Of a stretch of DNA of 64,000 bases, positions 11,370 to 21,903 are shown one piece after another. How positions within the stretch are numbered: position 1 is the stretch's first letter; each line of letters opens with the position of its first letter. A program made the translations under genes and the position numbers. A model generated the notes under the pieces. That model had not been told where the DNA came from. It searched no databases and saw only the letters and a program-made list of their open reading frames with translations. Source of the DNA: Lepidodermella squamata (lineage: Eukaryota; Animalia; Gastrotricha); the NCBI GenBank assembly GCA_047495785.1, contig JBLDXI010000015.1, forward strand, positions 3,782,001 through 3,846,000, in the 5' to 3' direction.

Positions 11370-13660
11370 TTTTATGAGTTCCCAAAAAAATCAGATAAAA
11401 ATTGAGGCTAAATGATGATGATGATTTAAATCGAGGCAAATGACATATTGAACAAGGGTAAAACTGAGTGGCATATTCGACGCGCGACGGTACATAGAGC
11501 CGCGTGATCGGAAAATAATAGGCATGGAAAAACTCTCTAATATCGGATGATTGATTACGATTAAAACTCTCGATAAAATAGACTTGTCAAATCTAAAGTA
11601 TATATTAATTTGGGTAATCTACTAGCGACAATTTTTTCTTCTAAGCGTCGCGCGTCCAACTGAGCATGACTGCGCACTCGACAAGCCTACGCAAGCTCTA
11701 CCCATCTATTTTGACTAATCAAAATCACCAAATTCAATTGCTAATATTGAAGAACGGATCGACATTGTATTAACAAAGTTCAAAAGCGACTTGTCAGGGG
11801 AAAAACTTGTCAACTGTTCGTGGGACTTTTTTGACACCTAAGGTACTAAGCATGTAAATCGACGCATTTGACACGGCGCGAGAGCGCGGTCACACTTGAC
11901 TGGATAATATATTTAATTTAATTCGCCCCGTTGTCGATGTAATAAGAACATCCAGGACAAGTCGGTGGGTTGCTAAAAATTGAAAACAGTAACTGTCACT
12001 GTGAGAGATTTCAGTGAAACTGCAAGTGCGAGGCGCTGTCTCACGCCGGCATTTCGCAGGCAGCAGCAGTATAGGAAGGTACGTGCGATTTGGGAAATAG
12101 CTGTTAAGAGCGTGAACGCGCATTTGACAAAAGTTTGTGGTGAATTCAAAAGATAGCGCGAACAATGGGCACCGGTGGGTTCGATTACGCGGACGCGAGA
12201 CGCTCGCAGGTGCTGCGCTTTGCCGTAAAGCGTTGCGCAACGCGAGCCGGGTCGAGCGACGCGCTTTTGGCCGCTCTGTGGCGGTGCGCGTTGCTCAACT
12301 ACAAAGAGGCGTCGTATAGGAATGACAACTGCAGCAACGTATACGGTGGGCAAAAACGCGCAGACACGGCGGCGCGAGTGATTTGATGGCAGCAGGATGA
12401 TCCGTATCGCGGCCATGCGCGAGTGCTGCGAGACGACGTTGACGCGTCGAAAAGTTCGACCCGTGCGGTAACCGACCGTACGGTATAAATGTGCGAATTC
12501 GTCATAGTCGCCGGCTCGAAAAGCGGCTTGCGCAAGACGCGACGAGTAATTACACTCCTTTTGTTCCGTCCTCTCAATTATTGCCCAACGGCAATATAAA
12601 TTACCTATACGATGTGTATGTGTCGTAGCCACTTTTTAACTCAGAGAGCGCGAGAGAGTCCGCATTTCTCAGGTGTTATTTACCAAAAATCGTAACTATA
12701 TTACGGCCTAATTTAGCAGACGGGTATTACCTACCTGTCGCGTTCACCAGACGCTGACGTTGACCACACGGGTAACAGTGGCCCTGAGAAAATTTCATTA
12801 GCAATGTTGCCCAGATTCACTATAAATGGACATTAAAACTTACAGATAGATGTCCTAAGACGATTCAGATTAAAATCGACAACGTATATGTCGTCACTGG
12901 ATACGCCGATTTTATTCGAATTAAGCGCTGATTCCTATAGAATGGTATAAAAAAATCATTAGCAATTATTTGAGCAATTAATTATCAATATGGGCAAAAT
13001 CGGAAGCTTCTGATCATTATGATCATTGATGACAGAGTCCGTTATGGGTAGAAAATTAATCAAAATTAAATTTGATTAATTTTCTTAAAAAGTTAATTAA
13101 GTTAATTAAGTTAAAAATTAGAAAATTAATCTGCGGAATAATAGTTGGTTGCTATTGCATTCTTTTATTTTTATAATTAACTTGAGGCATTTACATGATT
13201 TTTTTCTAACAGCAACGAATACAGGGTCAGTAAAGCACGTAGAACCTTGTACAACGCTTGTAGTTTTTAAAGGGCATAATAATTTAAAATTCTACTGTGA
13301 GACCTGGATATAACAAGGTTTGGTTCTAATAAAGCATTGGCGGTCAGTGAGTAGCTAATCAATGTCTTTTACGATTTTTTATTCGGTGAAGAGTCGGGTA
13401 ACAAAATTATGGCTAAATCGACGGCCTGAAAAATCCATCTTAATCTACAGCAAACCGAATTTTTATCGCATTTTTGAATTTTCATTCCTGAAAATATTAT
13501 TTCAATTAGTTGCGTCAGTTGAAAAACTTGAGCCCACGTATAGAGGGGATGGCGAACGCAATAATTCGTAATAACAATATACACACAGAGTGTACAACAC
13601 TCGCCTCGCCTCGCCTGATAAAAAAAAAGGAGAAGAAGAGGAAGAAAGTGCTCAGCGAGT

Positions 13661-14321
13661 TGCGTGGGCTTTTCTTTCGAGGCGTAGGCGTCGCAGCACA
13701 CATTTAGTACGAACGTAAAGCAGTGCTCATAGCCGCTGCTCGTTTGATTTTCGCCAAAGTAGCAATAATAATAAAGCCGTCAGTGCTTGGCGAGCGCGCA
13801 AAAAACACGCTCCGAATTAGCGCAGCTCTGAAAAAAAATCAACGAAGAACAAAAAACGTGAATTTAATAAAGAAAAAAACTGTGCACATGTGTGGGGGAA
13901 GAAATGAGCAGAAGCCAGCGGGCTCTTTACGACGTGGGCGGGGATATATCGGCGAGAAGTTTTTCGCTCAGGAAAACTCGTCCAGGGGCCGCGCGTGGCC
14001 GGAGGTTTTACAGCGCTGCATTACCCGGCCTGTAGTCGTCGCCGCCCGCGTAATGTTTAGAAATAAACCAGGCTCTTTCTTGTCACATATCAGCTGAAAA
14101 ATGAGCCACCCTCCTGTCTGAAACTGAAATTAATGTGATGTGTGTGATAATAATAATAAATGTAAGCCTCGCGAGCCGATATAGTACAGGACCGAGGTGC
14201 AGCGGGGTCTGCTCTTGCTCTCTCGTGTGCTGCAGCCCAGCCACCGCCGCCGACGCCCCCGCAACTGCCAGCCTCCTCGCTCGCTCAGTCAGTGAGCAAA
14301 TAAAATTGGCTCGCCCCCGCA
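13661..14321. promoter_or_regulatory. Cluster of EGR (Zif268/Krox)-type binding sites upstream of NAB
   Basis: CGCCCCCGCA at 14254-14263 and 14312-14321; GCGTAGGCG at 13682-13690; near matches TGCGTGGGCT (13661) and ACGTGGGCG (13932). Confidence 0.6.
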
Positions 14322-15616
14322 CTCCAAGCCTTGTGTTGTTATAATGTAATCATAGAACGGACGCGCGTCGCCCTCCTCCCCTCTGTTTTTTTCCACTGCG
14401 GGCAAAATCGAACAGTTTTCCATTCGTGCACCCACTCTCCGGAAACAGACACGACGTAAAAATCAGAGCGCGTTTTTTTGTCAATACAAACCGGCAATAT
14501 TTAACGATGAAAAATCGAAAATGGCGACACACATTATCGTGTTGACAATTTTATTGCATGACATTTCGGCTGAAATTGTTACATATTAAGGCGTTTTTTT
14601 AACGTGTCCCTAAAGTCACGACACGACAAGCTATTTTATCAGCGAAAGCATCATTTTTTCTGAATCATGAATTCAACAGTGAGAAGCGAGTCTATCCGAC
14701 TTATCACACTTGATGATGTGTTTAACCACCGGAGCAGCAATAGTTGTTTGACAGGCAAGCAGTTTACACGATTTCACCCCTAAAAACAGAAAAATATTCA
14801 ATGTAATAATTAATATTCCATCATAAGTGAGCAATTCTTTTCCGCGAATTTACGACCGAAATTAGCAGGCTACACCAGAATATATTATAAGGAGGAACAA
14901 AAAGGTCGAAAAAATAAATTAAGGGCAGGTCGAAATATCAGGCAGATGCCTTCTAGTGCGAACTCGTGTGATCGCTCATTCGTTTCAACAGAATATCGAC
15001 GGGTTGAACTTGGAGCGAAATTACCCAGCTTAAAGAAGGGTGTGAATTTTTGTCTGGCACTTGTCACCTTTAGTCAGCCATATGCCTTATTTTGTCCGAC
15101 AGCCCAAAAATTGACTTGAAAGAAGACAATAAAATTGACTCAAAGCTAAGTTTTAGTGAATTTTAGCAGATAAATCAGGAGGGCCTCCGTGACCGTAAAT
15201 ATTAACTAATAGATACATAAGTCGATTTTGTATCAACATCTGATAGCATCGTCGGTTTAGCACGTGAGAAAAAATGATTGGCAAACCTCTATCTAATCTT
15301 AGCTGAATCCATCCAATTCCAAGTAAAACTTTCAGGCTGTTGGATGAATGAGACATACTTAATTATGTCTGACCTCTTAAAGGAGCAGCTATTGTAATTT
15401 ACTCTAATTTTTTATAAGCAGAATCCAAGAAAATGAGGCCCAATTCCTAATATATTTTCAGACTTTTCCGATGTTCAAAAAATAAAAGGCAGGACCTCAA
15501 TCTAAGGCCTTCACATTGCCTATATTTTATGGTAATAAAAAAGTTTTTTCATGGTTGAAAAGCCCATACAAATCTCCATTTTTTATATATCGCTTGCTGA
15601 ATTTGTTTCGAAGAAC

Positions 15617-16807
15617 TCACTTGCGGATGTGCTCGGCGACAGTCCAGTCAGTCTTGAGCGGGATCGATTGCTTGATCTGAACTCCAGCCGACGTGATAAT
15701 TGCAATATCATACTGAAATTTGGAAGAAAATAGATAAAAATTAGGATTGACACAAAGCGAATTAAGAAATCCTCCGACAATGAAAAAATAAGCCTAACTA
15801 ATTGTTCCGAGTTCGAAATGTTTGACATTCACGGTTTATAAATCAATTCGCAAAATTGACGGATATTGACAAGATTTACGTCTGTGGAGGCAATTATCTC
15901 GTAACGCATCGAGATAATCGAGATTCGATCTTTGACATAATGCAGTAATTTGCGTGAGCAATGGCCCCAAATAACATGGGATGACTTGAAAAACAAGTTA
16001 ATTCCTCAAATATACGAGCGATGAAAGGATTTCCTAAAAATGTTGCGTCAAAAGACTGCTCTACGCTTTCATTTGTAAATTATAGAGTCCATCCTAGAAC
16101 CTAAAGTGAAATAAAATGTAACTAACCTTGTCGTAAGAGCGAGCATCGCGGTAGAAAAGAACGCGTTGGCATTCATCCAGCAACTTCTCGGCTCCAGCCT
16201 GGTCGAGCTTATCAGTCTTCTCCAAAGCCGAGCGCATGATCGGCTGAGCCATGTAGGCGCCAAGGCCGGTCGCAATCGACGGAGCCTCGTACGCAATACC
16301 GAGCAGGTCGACGTAGCCGAGGAAGGGCACAGTGCCGCCTTCTTCCATTCCAGCGACGACCAGGCGGTTCCAGAACGGCTCGAACTTGCTACGGGCGTTG
16401 TACATAACGCGGGTTAGCCACGAGTAGACAGCGCGAGGCGACAGCTGCACGCCGTCATTCTCGCAGTAGTCGTCGACGATCATTTGCTGGATGTGGCGGT
16501 TCAGGTACTGGAAATCGGCGATTTCACCTGACGCAGCAATCACAACTCGGTCATTGACCTTGATAATGCGGTGAATGTTGCGAAACTTGGCCAGAGAGCC
16601 GTAAGAAACCAAGGTATCAGCAGCCAGGGCGACACCACCGTCGAATTTGACCCCCAAAACTGAGGTACCAGTCGTAATGGGCGAGCTAAAAGAGTTATTG
16701 AGGTTAAAAAATCAAGCTCGTGACCTCAATTTTTACCTCATATGGGTATGGGGCTCAGCCTTGGCATGAACGGGAGCATCGAAAACAGTAGCCGGGGTAG
16801 ATAGCAT
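15617..16807 (-). CDS. PSMB4: Proteasome subunit beta type-4 (beta7)
   Basis: Three exons (16807-16737, 16685-16128, 15712-15617): SPITTGTSVLGVKFDGGV...SYGSLAKF...IATGLGAYMAQP...VLFYRDARS...TDWTVAE. Confidence 0.95.
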
Positions 16808-16857
16808 TGTTAAATTTAATATCTATCACAGCAATTTCAAGGTAAAATTAAGATCAT

Positions 16858-17508
16858 TTAATATAATTTAGCTCCCGGCAAAACTTGTTCCTCCCTATCA
16901 ACGCCCAACGAAAAAAACGAACCGTCTTCCGGCTCAACAAATAACGGAATATTTTCTTTCGGATTAAAAGCTATCAACGAGCCTTGAAGATTCTCGTGAT
17001 CTTTGAAAATAAAAGATAGCGTAGTTGAACAAGTTTGCCCATCGCCAAGATCAACCGTCAAATTGCAACCGCCATCTTCAGTTCGCTTGATTTCCAATAC
17101 TTTAACGCAGCATATTCCACCTTCTTCGAAATCGTGGAAAGTTATCTCAGGGCTGCTCAGATCTTCATCAGAATGACGGAAACCGATTCGAAGTCCATTT
17201 TCGAATTTATTCCCGCGGGTGTTCATAAGATTCACACGCGATTCAATATTCGGAAAACCAACGGTAAGGAACTCGGACATAAAGCCTGCAATGTTCTTCT
17301 TCGGGAAGTTGCAAACTGCGATGACTTGTTTTCCAACCAATTCATCAATATTAGGATAGGTTAGTGGTAGCTGAGCAGATGTTTTCCGCAAACCAAATTT
17401 ACCGAAGTCAACATGAATCTTATAGGAAGGATTCCTCGCTCTGGGGAAAGGTTCCGCTTTCACAATAGTTCCGATTCGAAGTTCAATTTTTCTTAAAATT
17501 ACCGACAT
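16858..17508 (-). CDS. csaA: CsaA/Trbp111-like OB-fold chaperone with two tandem domains, bacterial type, intronless
   Basis: ELRIGTIVKAEPFPRARNP...DFG...TSAQ...GKQVIAVCNFPKKNIAGFMSE...NGLRIG matches prokaryotic CsaA. A second, degenerate unit runs EITFHDF...PGAKLY. Confidence 0.85.
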   Translation of the reverse strand: MSVILRKIELRIGTIVKAEPFPRARNPSYKIHVDFGKFGLRKTSAQLPLTYPNIDELVGKQVIAVCNFPKKNIAGFMSEFLTVGFPNIESRVNLMNTRGNKFENGLRIGFRHSDEDLSSPEITFHDFEEGGICCVKVLEIKRTEDGGCNLTVDLGDGQTCSTTLSFIFKDHENLQGSLIAFNPKENIPLFVEPEDGSFFSLGVDREEQVLPGAKLY

Positions 17509-17592
17509 TAGTAAAATCTAAGATGAATACAAGTATAAATTACAAAAAACTAGAATCACTTTTATTTAATAAATAAAGGCAACATTTCGGTA

Positions 17593-18147
17593 TTATCTGC
17601 CATCGAGTGAACGCTCACGTGCAATGACTGCATCCTCGAACGTTACTTGATAAGCCGTGCCTTCGTGAATGATAGCTTCAACCTTAGCTGGGAAGCCAGC
17701 CACCGTAAGGAAACCTTGTATGATCCCAGCGGCAAAAGCAGAGCAGTTGAGACCACCTTGATCTTTCGGTGTAGAAATGAATCGGCATAGAGCTGAATCA
17801 TGCTCGTGTAAATAGTACACATTGTCAACGTTAGAGGCTTTCTGCAAAGAATCCAGCTCACGCCCAAACAAATGGCGCCATAGATTCGATTTGACGAATA
17901 ACAGAATGTTATTGACGCGAACGTCTCTCTTTGAGCCCTTTTCCTGCATGTACAAAACGTCGACCAACCTTTGTCCGACTTCAGCGCCAACAGCTGCTAA
18001 TTGATCGTGGAAATCAGTTGCAGTTTTCGCGTTGTTATGGGTATATTTGACGATTTCCGAAAAGAGCAACGCGAAAGAATGCAAATTGACATCAAGTTTC
18101 CCCTTTGATATAGGAAAATCTTGAACTGAAAATGGCTTTCGAAGCAT
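17593..18147 (-). CDS. TRAPPC5: TRAPP complex subunit 5 (Trs31)
   Basis: VNLHSFALLFSEIVKY...LWRHLFG...FISTPKDQGGLNCSAFAAGII...GFPAKV...VIARE; single exon. Confidence 0.93.
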   Translation of the reverse strand: MLRKPFSVQDFPISKGKLDVNLHSFALLFSEIVKYTHNNAKTATDFHDQLAAVGAEVGQRLVDVLYMQEKGSKRDVRVNNILLFVKSNLWRHLFGRELDSLQKASNVDNVYYLHEHDSALCRFISTPKDQGGLNCSAFAAGIIQGFLTVAGFPAKVEAIIHEGTAYQVTFEDAVIARERSLDGR

Positions 18148-19431
18148 TATCAACGCGTAATAATAAAAATCTAAGCCAGAAACAGCATTATGATATTACG
18201 TACTATGTGCAGCAATCATAACTCCCGAAAAGCTTGATGAAAAAAGCAGCTTCCCTTATCAATATTCGAAAGCTCTATTCATCTAATATCTAATATGCAA
18301 CATGCAATAGCGGAGAAATGAGCATCAACTTAACACCATCAGCATCAAATCATAAGGGAAACAGCAGCCTGATCAATAGGTTAATCCCTAAACATTAATC
18401 ATCGCAAATCTAGCTGTGTAATTAGATTGATCATGCAGCCAGAACGCTAGGTGGAGTAGAGTAGGTAGAGTCGGTTAATGTGACATGTTATATTTAATGT
18501 TTGCAAAGCTAGATGAAGTTCATTTAATACATTTTCTAAATTGATCTGAATATGCTTCCAACCCTGAACCCTGAATTTCTGGTATCGCACTTCATAATCC
18601 CTCAGCTCGCAGAGCCGAGCCTGTTCATCATTCATCACTGTCAAGCGTCAAGCCTGACAACTGACAAGAGTCCAGCGATACCTTAACCCTGAAGCGATCT
18701 GCGAGCTGATAAATAATATGCCGTTTGACGCCAGTTACGCTGGCCACCCGTTGGCAATGCCATCCTTAAAAACATCAGGTAAGGCACATCCAAATAAGTA
18801 GAGATACGGAGTAACTCGGTACCACGCTGGCTCCGCGCTCCGCTCCTTTCTTGGAACCACTAGCAGGTAAGTTCCTTCTTACTTACGAACTGGAAGCTGG
18901 AAGTCCCAGGTTCTAAGTTCTAGGCCTTGGGTGCATGTGCACAGCATCGAAAGATGACAAACAGCTGGCAAGATGACGGACACGACGAGAGTCGACGACG
19001 AATTATTACGCGCGCAAATTCTCAAAATATCAACTTAATTGATCGACTATAAAGTCAATTGTATAAAACTTATTAAAACATGATGTTAAATGTTATTTCA
19101 TAAAAGTATATGCAACGTTGCTATGGAGACGCGCGGCTACTTTTTCAAACTCGGAGGTCGTCCCACTTGAAAAGACACAGCTGATTTCATTGACTTACTC
19201 GCAGCGAACTTCCAGAGCTGAAGACATGCGCAAATCAATTATTAAGCAGTCGAATAAGTCTTATTGCAAGATTACTCTCAGTCGCATTGAATCAGACGAA
19301 ATTTCTCCTTCCATTCCATAAACAAAACGTTTAGCCCAAATGCTTCCGATTTATAATCAATCAGTCGTCCAATGCTTTTCTCCTGATTACTACAGTCTAG
19401 TTATTATTGTCTGTAATTTTCAAGTTTCCCC

Positions 19432-21546
19432 ATGGGCTGCGGTGCATCTAAAGACGACCAGAAGAAGGTGTGAGCTGTTCCTTGTCTGAACTGAACTTAA
19501 ATCGTTTTATTAAGGTTTCGAATCCGCAACCTGTCTCTAGTCCACCACATGCAGGCAACGTCTCCATCCAAAAGCAACCGGCACCTCCTGTAAGCTAACT
19601 ACAACGCACGTCTGTAGTTATAAATTGGGCTTTTATTTCCTTTCAGACTAATGGCTTCGAAGTCAAGCTTATCCAGGATTACCTGAAGATGAGCCAGGTT
19701 ATCAAACAACTTGAGCAAGCTAGTCCTATTTTAGCTCAAGGAGAAAAAACTAAGCGTCTTGAGTATGTCCAAGGCAAGCTCGCCGATCTATCCAAAAAAA
19801 TAGCCACGGCCAAAGATAGCATGTTAGATCGTAACTTTATCATTAATGTTTGACTTCCCAGTTACTTGACAGTGAGCAACAAACAGTCCAAGTGCAATTA
19901 GCTCACTCGGTGGTCGACTCAAGCGGTTCTACAGCTAAAGAGCTGGTCAATGGCCTGGTTACTAAAGAAGAAGTACGTTTTAAAAATTACTGGCTACTTT
20001 TCTAATCTTGTGAAAACCTCAGGCCGAGTTGATTCAAGCTCAGCAAAAATATGCCACGATGCAAGCTGAATACGACAAATATGCGAAGGAATGCGATCAG
20101 CTTACAGCTGAAGTAGCCCCGTTGAGCGCTCAAGCGGACATGTTGAAAAAATGTTATCTTGAGCAAGACGCCTTATTACGTTAGTTGTGAATATGACTCA
20201 TGCAGTTGAGGTTCCGTTTGCTTTCATAGACAAAATCTTCGATGGGCAGTATGGCAGTGATGAAGAAAATAGGCTTGAGAAGTTGGTGGATGATCTAGGT
20301 GATTTGAAGGCGCGCATTGAATCTGCAACGATTCGGTGGAGCAGCGCTGCTAATGTTGTGAATGCAGTTGCACTGCAAGCATCTGCGGGTTTGGCTGCGT
20401 GGAGCCGTCTGCAAGAGTCAAAGGACAATGGGTATAATTTTCCGTATCCAATAATTTCAAGCTGAAAATTTATTGTCTGTTTCATTTATTAGTGTCATTT
20501 ACGGCGCTGCAACTGAGGCAAACAGCAATTTAAGTGTCGCCGTTAAAAACACCCAACTAGTGTTGAACTACATGACTGGCATAAAACTTCCATTTCTTAA
20601 GGAAAGCGACATTGCGACCGCCGTAAATCTATTAAATGGCGGTCTTCCATCAAAAGTATCAGATCCCAACATGCTGCAGACGATTCGTCAGTGTTTCGAG
20701 AATTTACGTCTGAAGGCATCTCAGTTGGAAGGCTGGATGAAAAGGGTTGGTATTGTTATATGCATTTTAATACAAGAGCCGCGCATTTATTTACTAGTAC
20801 CAATTTGAATTATTCATGAGGTGCAATTATCGATTAGCGATTGTTCGCAGCTTTCACGCGTTGTCAAGTGAAGGTTAAGCTGCGTAGACTGGATGTGGGA
20901 GGGTTAGAAGCGAATAAAGCTACTATAATCGCAACTAGCTTAGCATTAAGGACTTGATAAACAATTTCACGGCAACCAATGTGTCCCGTTCCTATTATAA
21001 GGTTGTCTCTGAGATCATCGATCCAGATTCTGCAGATACTGAAGCTCGATTACGTGAGGCCGAGGAAAAGCTTCACGCTGAGCGATTGCGATTGATGCTC
21101 GGCCGAGCTACACAACTCGGAGCCTTATCACCAGACGAGAGGGTGGTTCTTGAGAATTCTATTCAACAAGTTGATGCGGCAGTGAAAGCTGCTAACCTCG
21201 AAGTCCAAAAAACAACGGCGGCAGCCAATCAGGCAGCTTCAACGCCTGCTCAAGAGCCGAAATCCGGCGGTTCTGGCAAAGCTCACGAGAGCTTGGCTCG
21301 GCCCGTTGACGGTTAGATACATGAGAGATGAAAAAACAGGAGCTTCAATTTTCTGGTTTAGATGGTGAATTCGAGGCTGTTAGAGCCCAGCTCCGCAAGC
21401 AGCTCGCCGCGGTCGAGCGTAAAGACGAAGCAATTAAATCCAAAGCCGATAAAGAGTTGCAAGAGCGGCTCGAAAAACGAAAGCTCCGACGAGCTCACGC
21501 GCAATCCGGTGGACCAGAGCACCAAGCTTTAGAAGCTCACAGCTAA
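19432..21546 (+). CDS. Uncharacterised coiled-coil protein with N-terminal MGCGASK, copy 1
   Basis: Multi-exon gene with heptad-rich sequence (IFDGQYGSDEENRLE...LQERLEKRKLRR); clearly paralogous to 21904-24737. Confidence 0.8.
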
Positions 21547-21903
21547 CTCTGATAACTTTTTTTGAATTTCCTATGCAGTTTTTCTGAGAATTTTTCTAAT
21601 CATTCCTTGCAATCATGTAAAATGTGCCATCCCTTTTATATTTTGCTGAGCTGATATTTTGATCTATATTTTTTATCCGCTGTGTTTACTATATTATATG
21701 CATGATGTGTGACATTTTTTCTGGTCAAATGGTTAAAATAACCCATTTTTTGCTTCGATTTTCTTTTTTGGCAATTTTTTATCCAGTGAAATTACTTTCT
21801 TAAATTGATTTTTTTTAAATTCTAGTCAAATTTTGTGAATGTGACCAGGCTTTGAATCCGAAATCAGCCTTCAAGTTTTCAGTTTTACCTTTTGTTGGTC
21901 AAT

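Noticed and set aside
11890-14532. Several 60-219 aa ORFs upstream of NAB
   Set aside because: No recognisable domains and they overlap on both strands; better explained as CpG-rich regulatory or UTR sequence.
16858-17508. Reading the OB-fold ORF as a eukaryotic EMAPII/AIMP1/MetRS C-domain
   Set aside because: The motifs are CsaA-type (FPxARxP, SAQ, NFP..IAGF.SE), not SGL/NLKP..MRG type.
18200-19000. Possible small gene or spliced non-coding exons upstream of TRAPPC5
   Set aside because: Splice-like signals occur on both strands but no recognisable protein or consistent model emerged.
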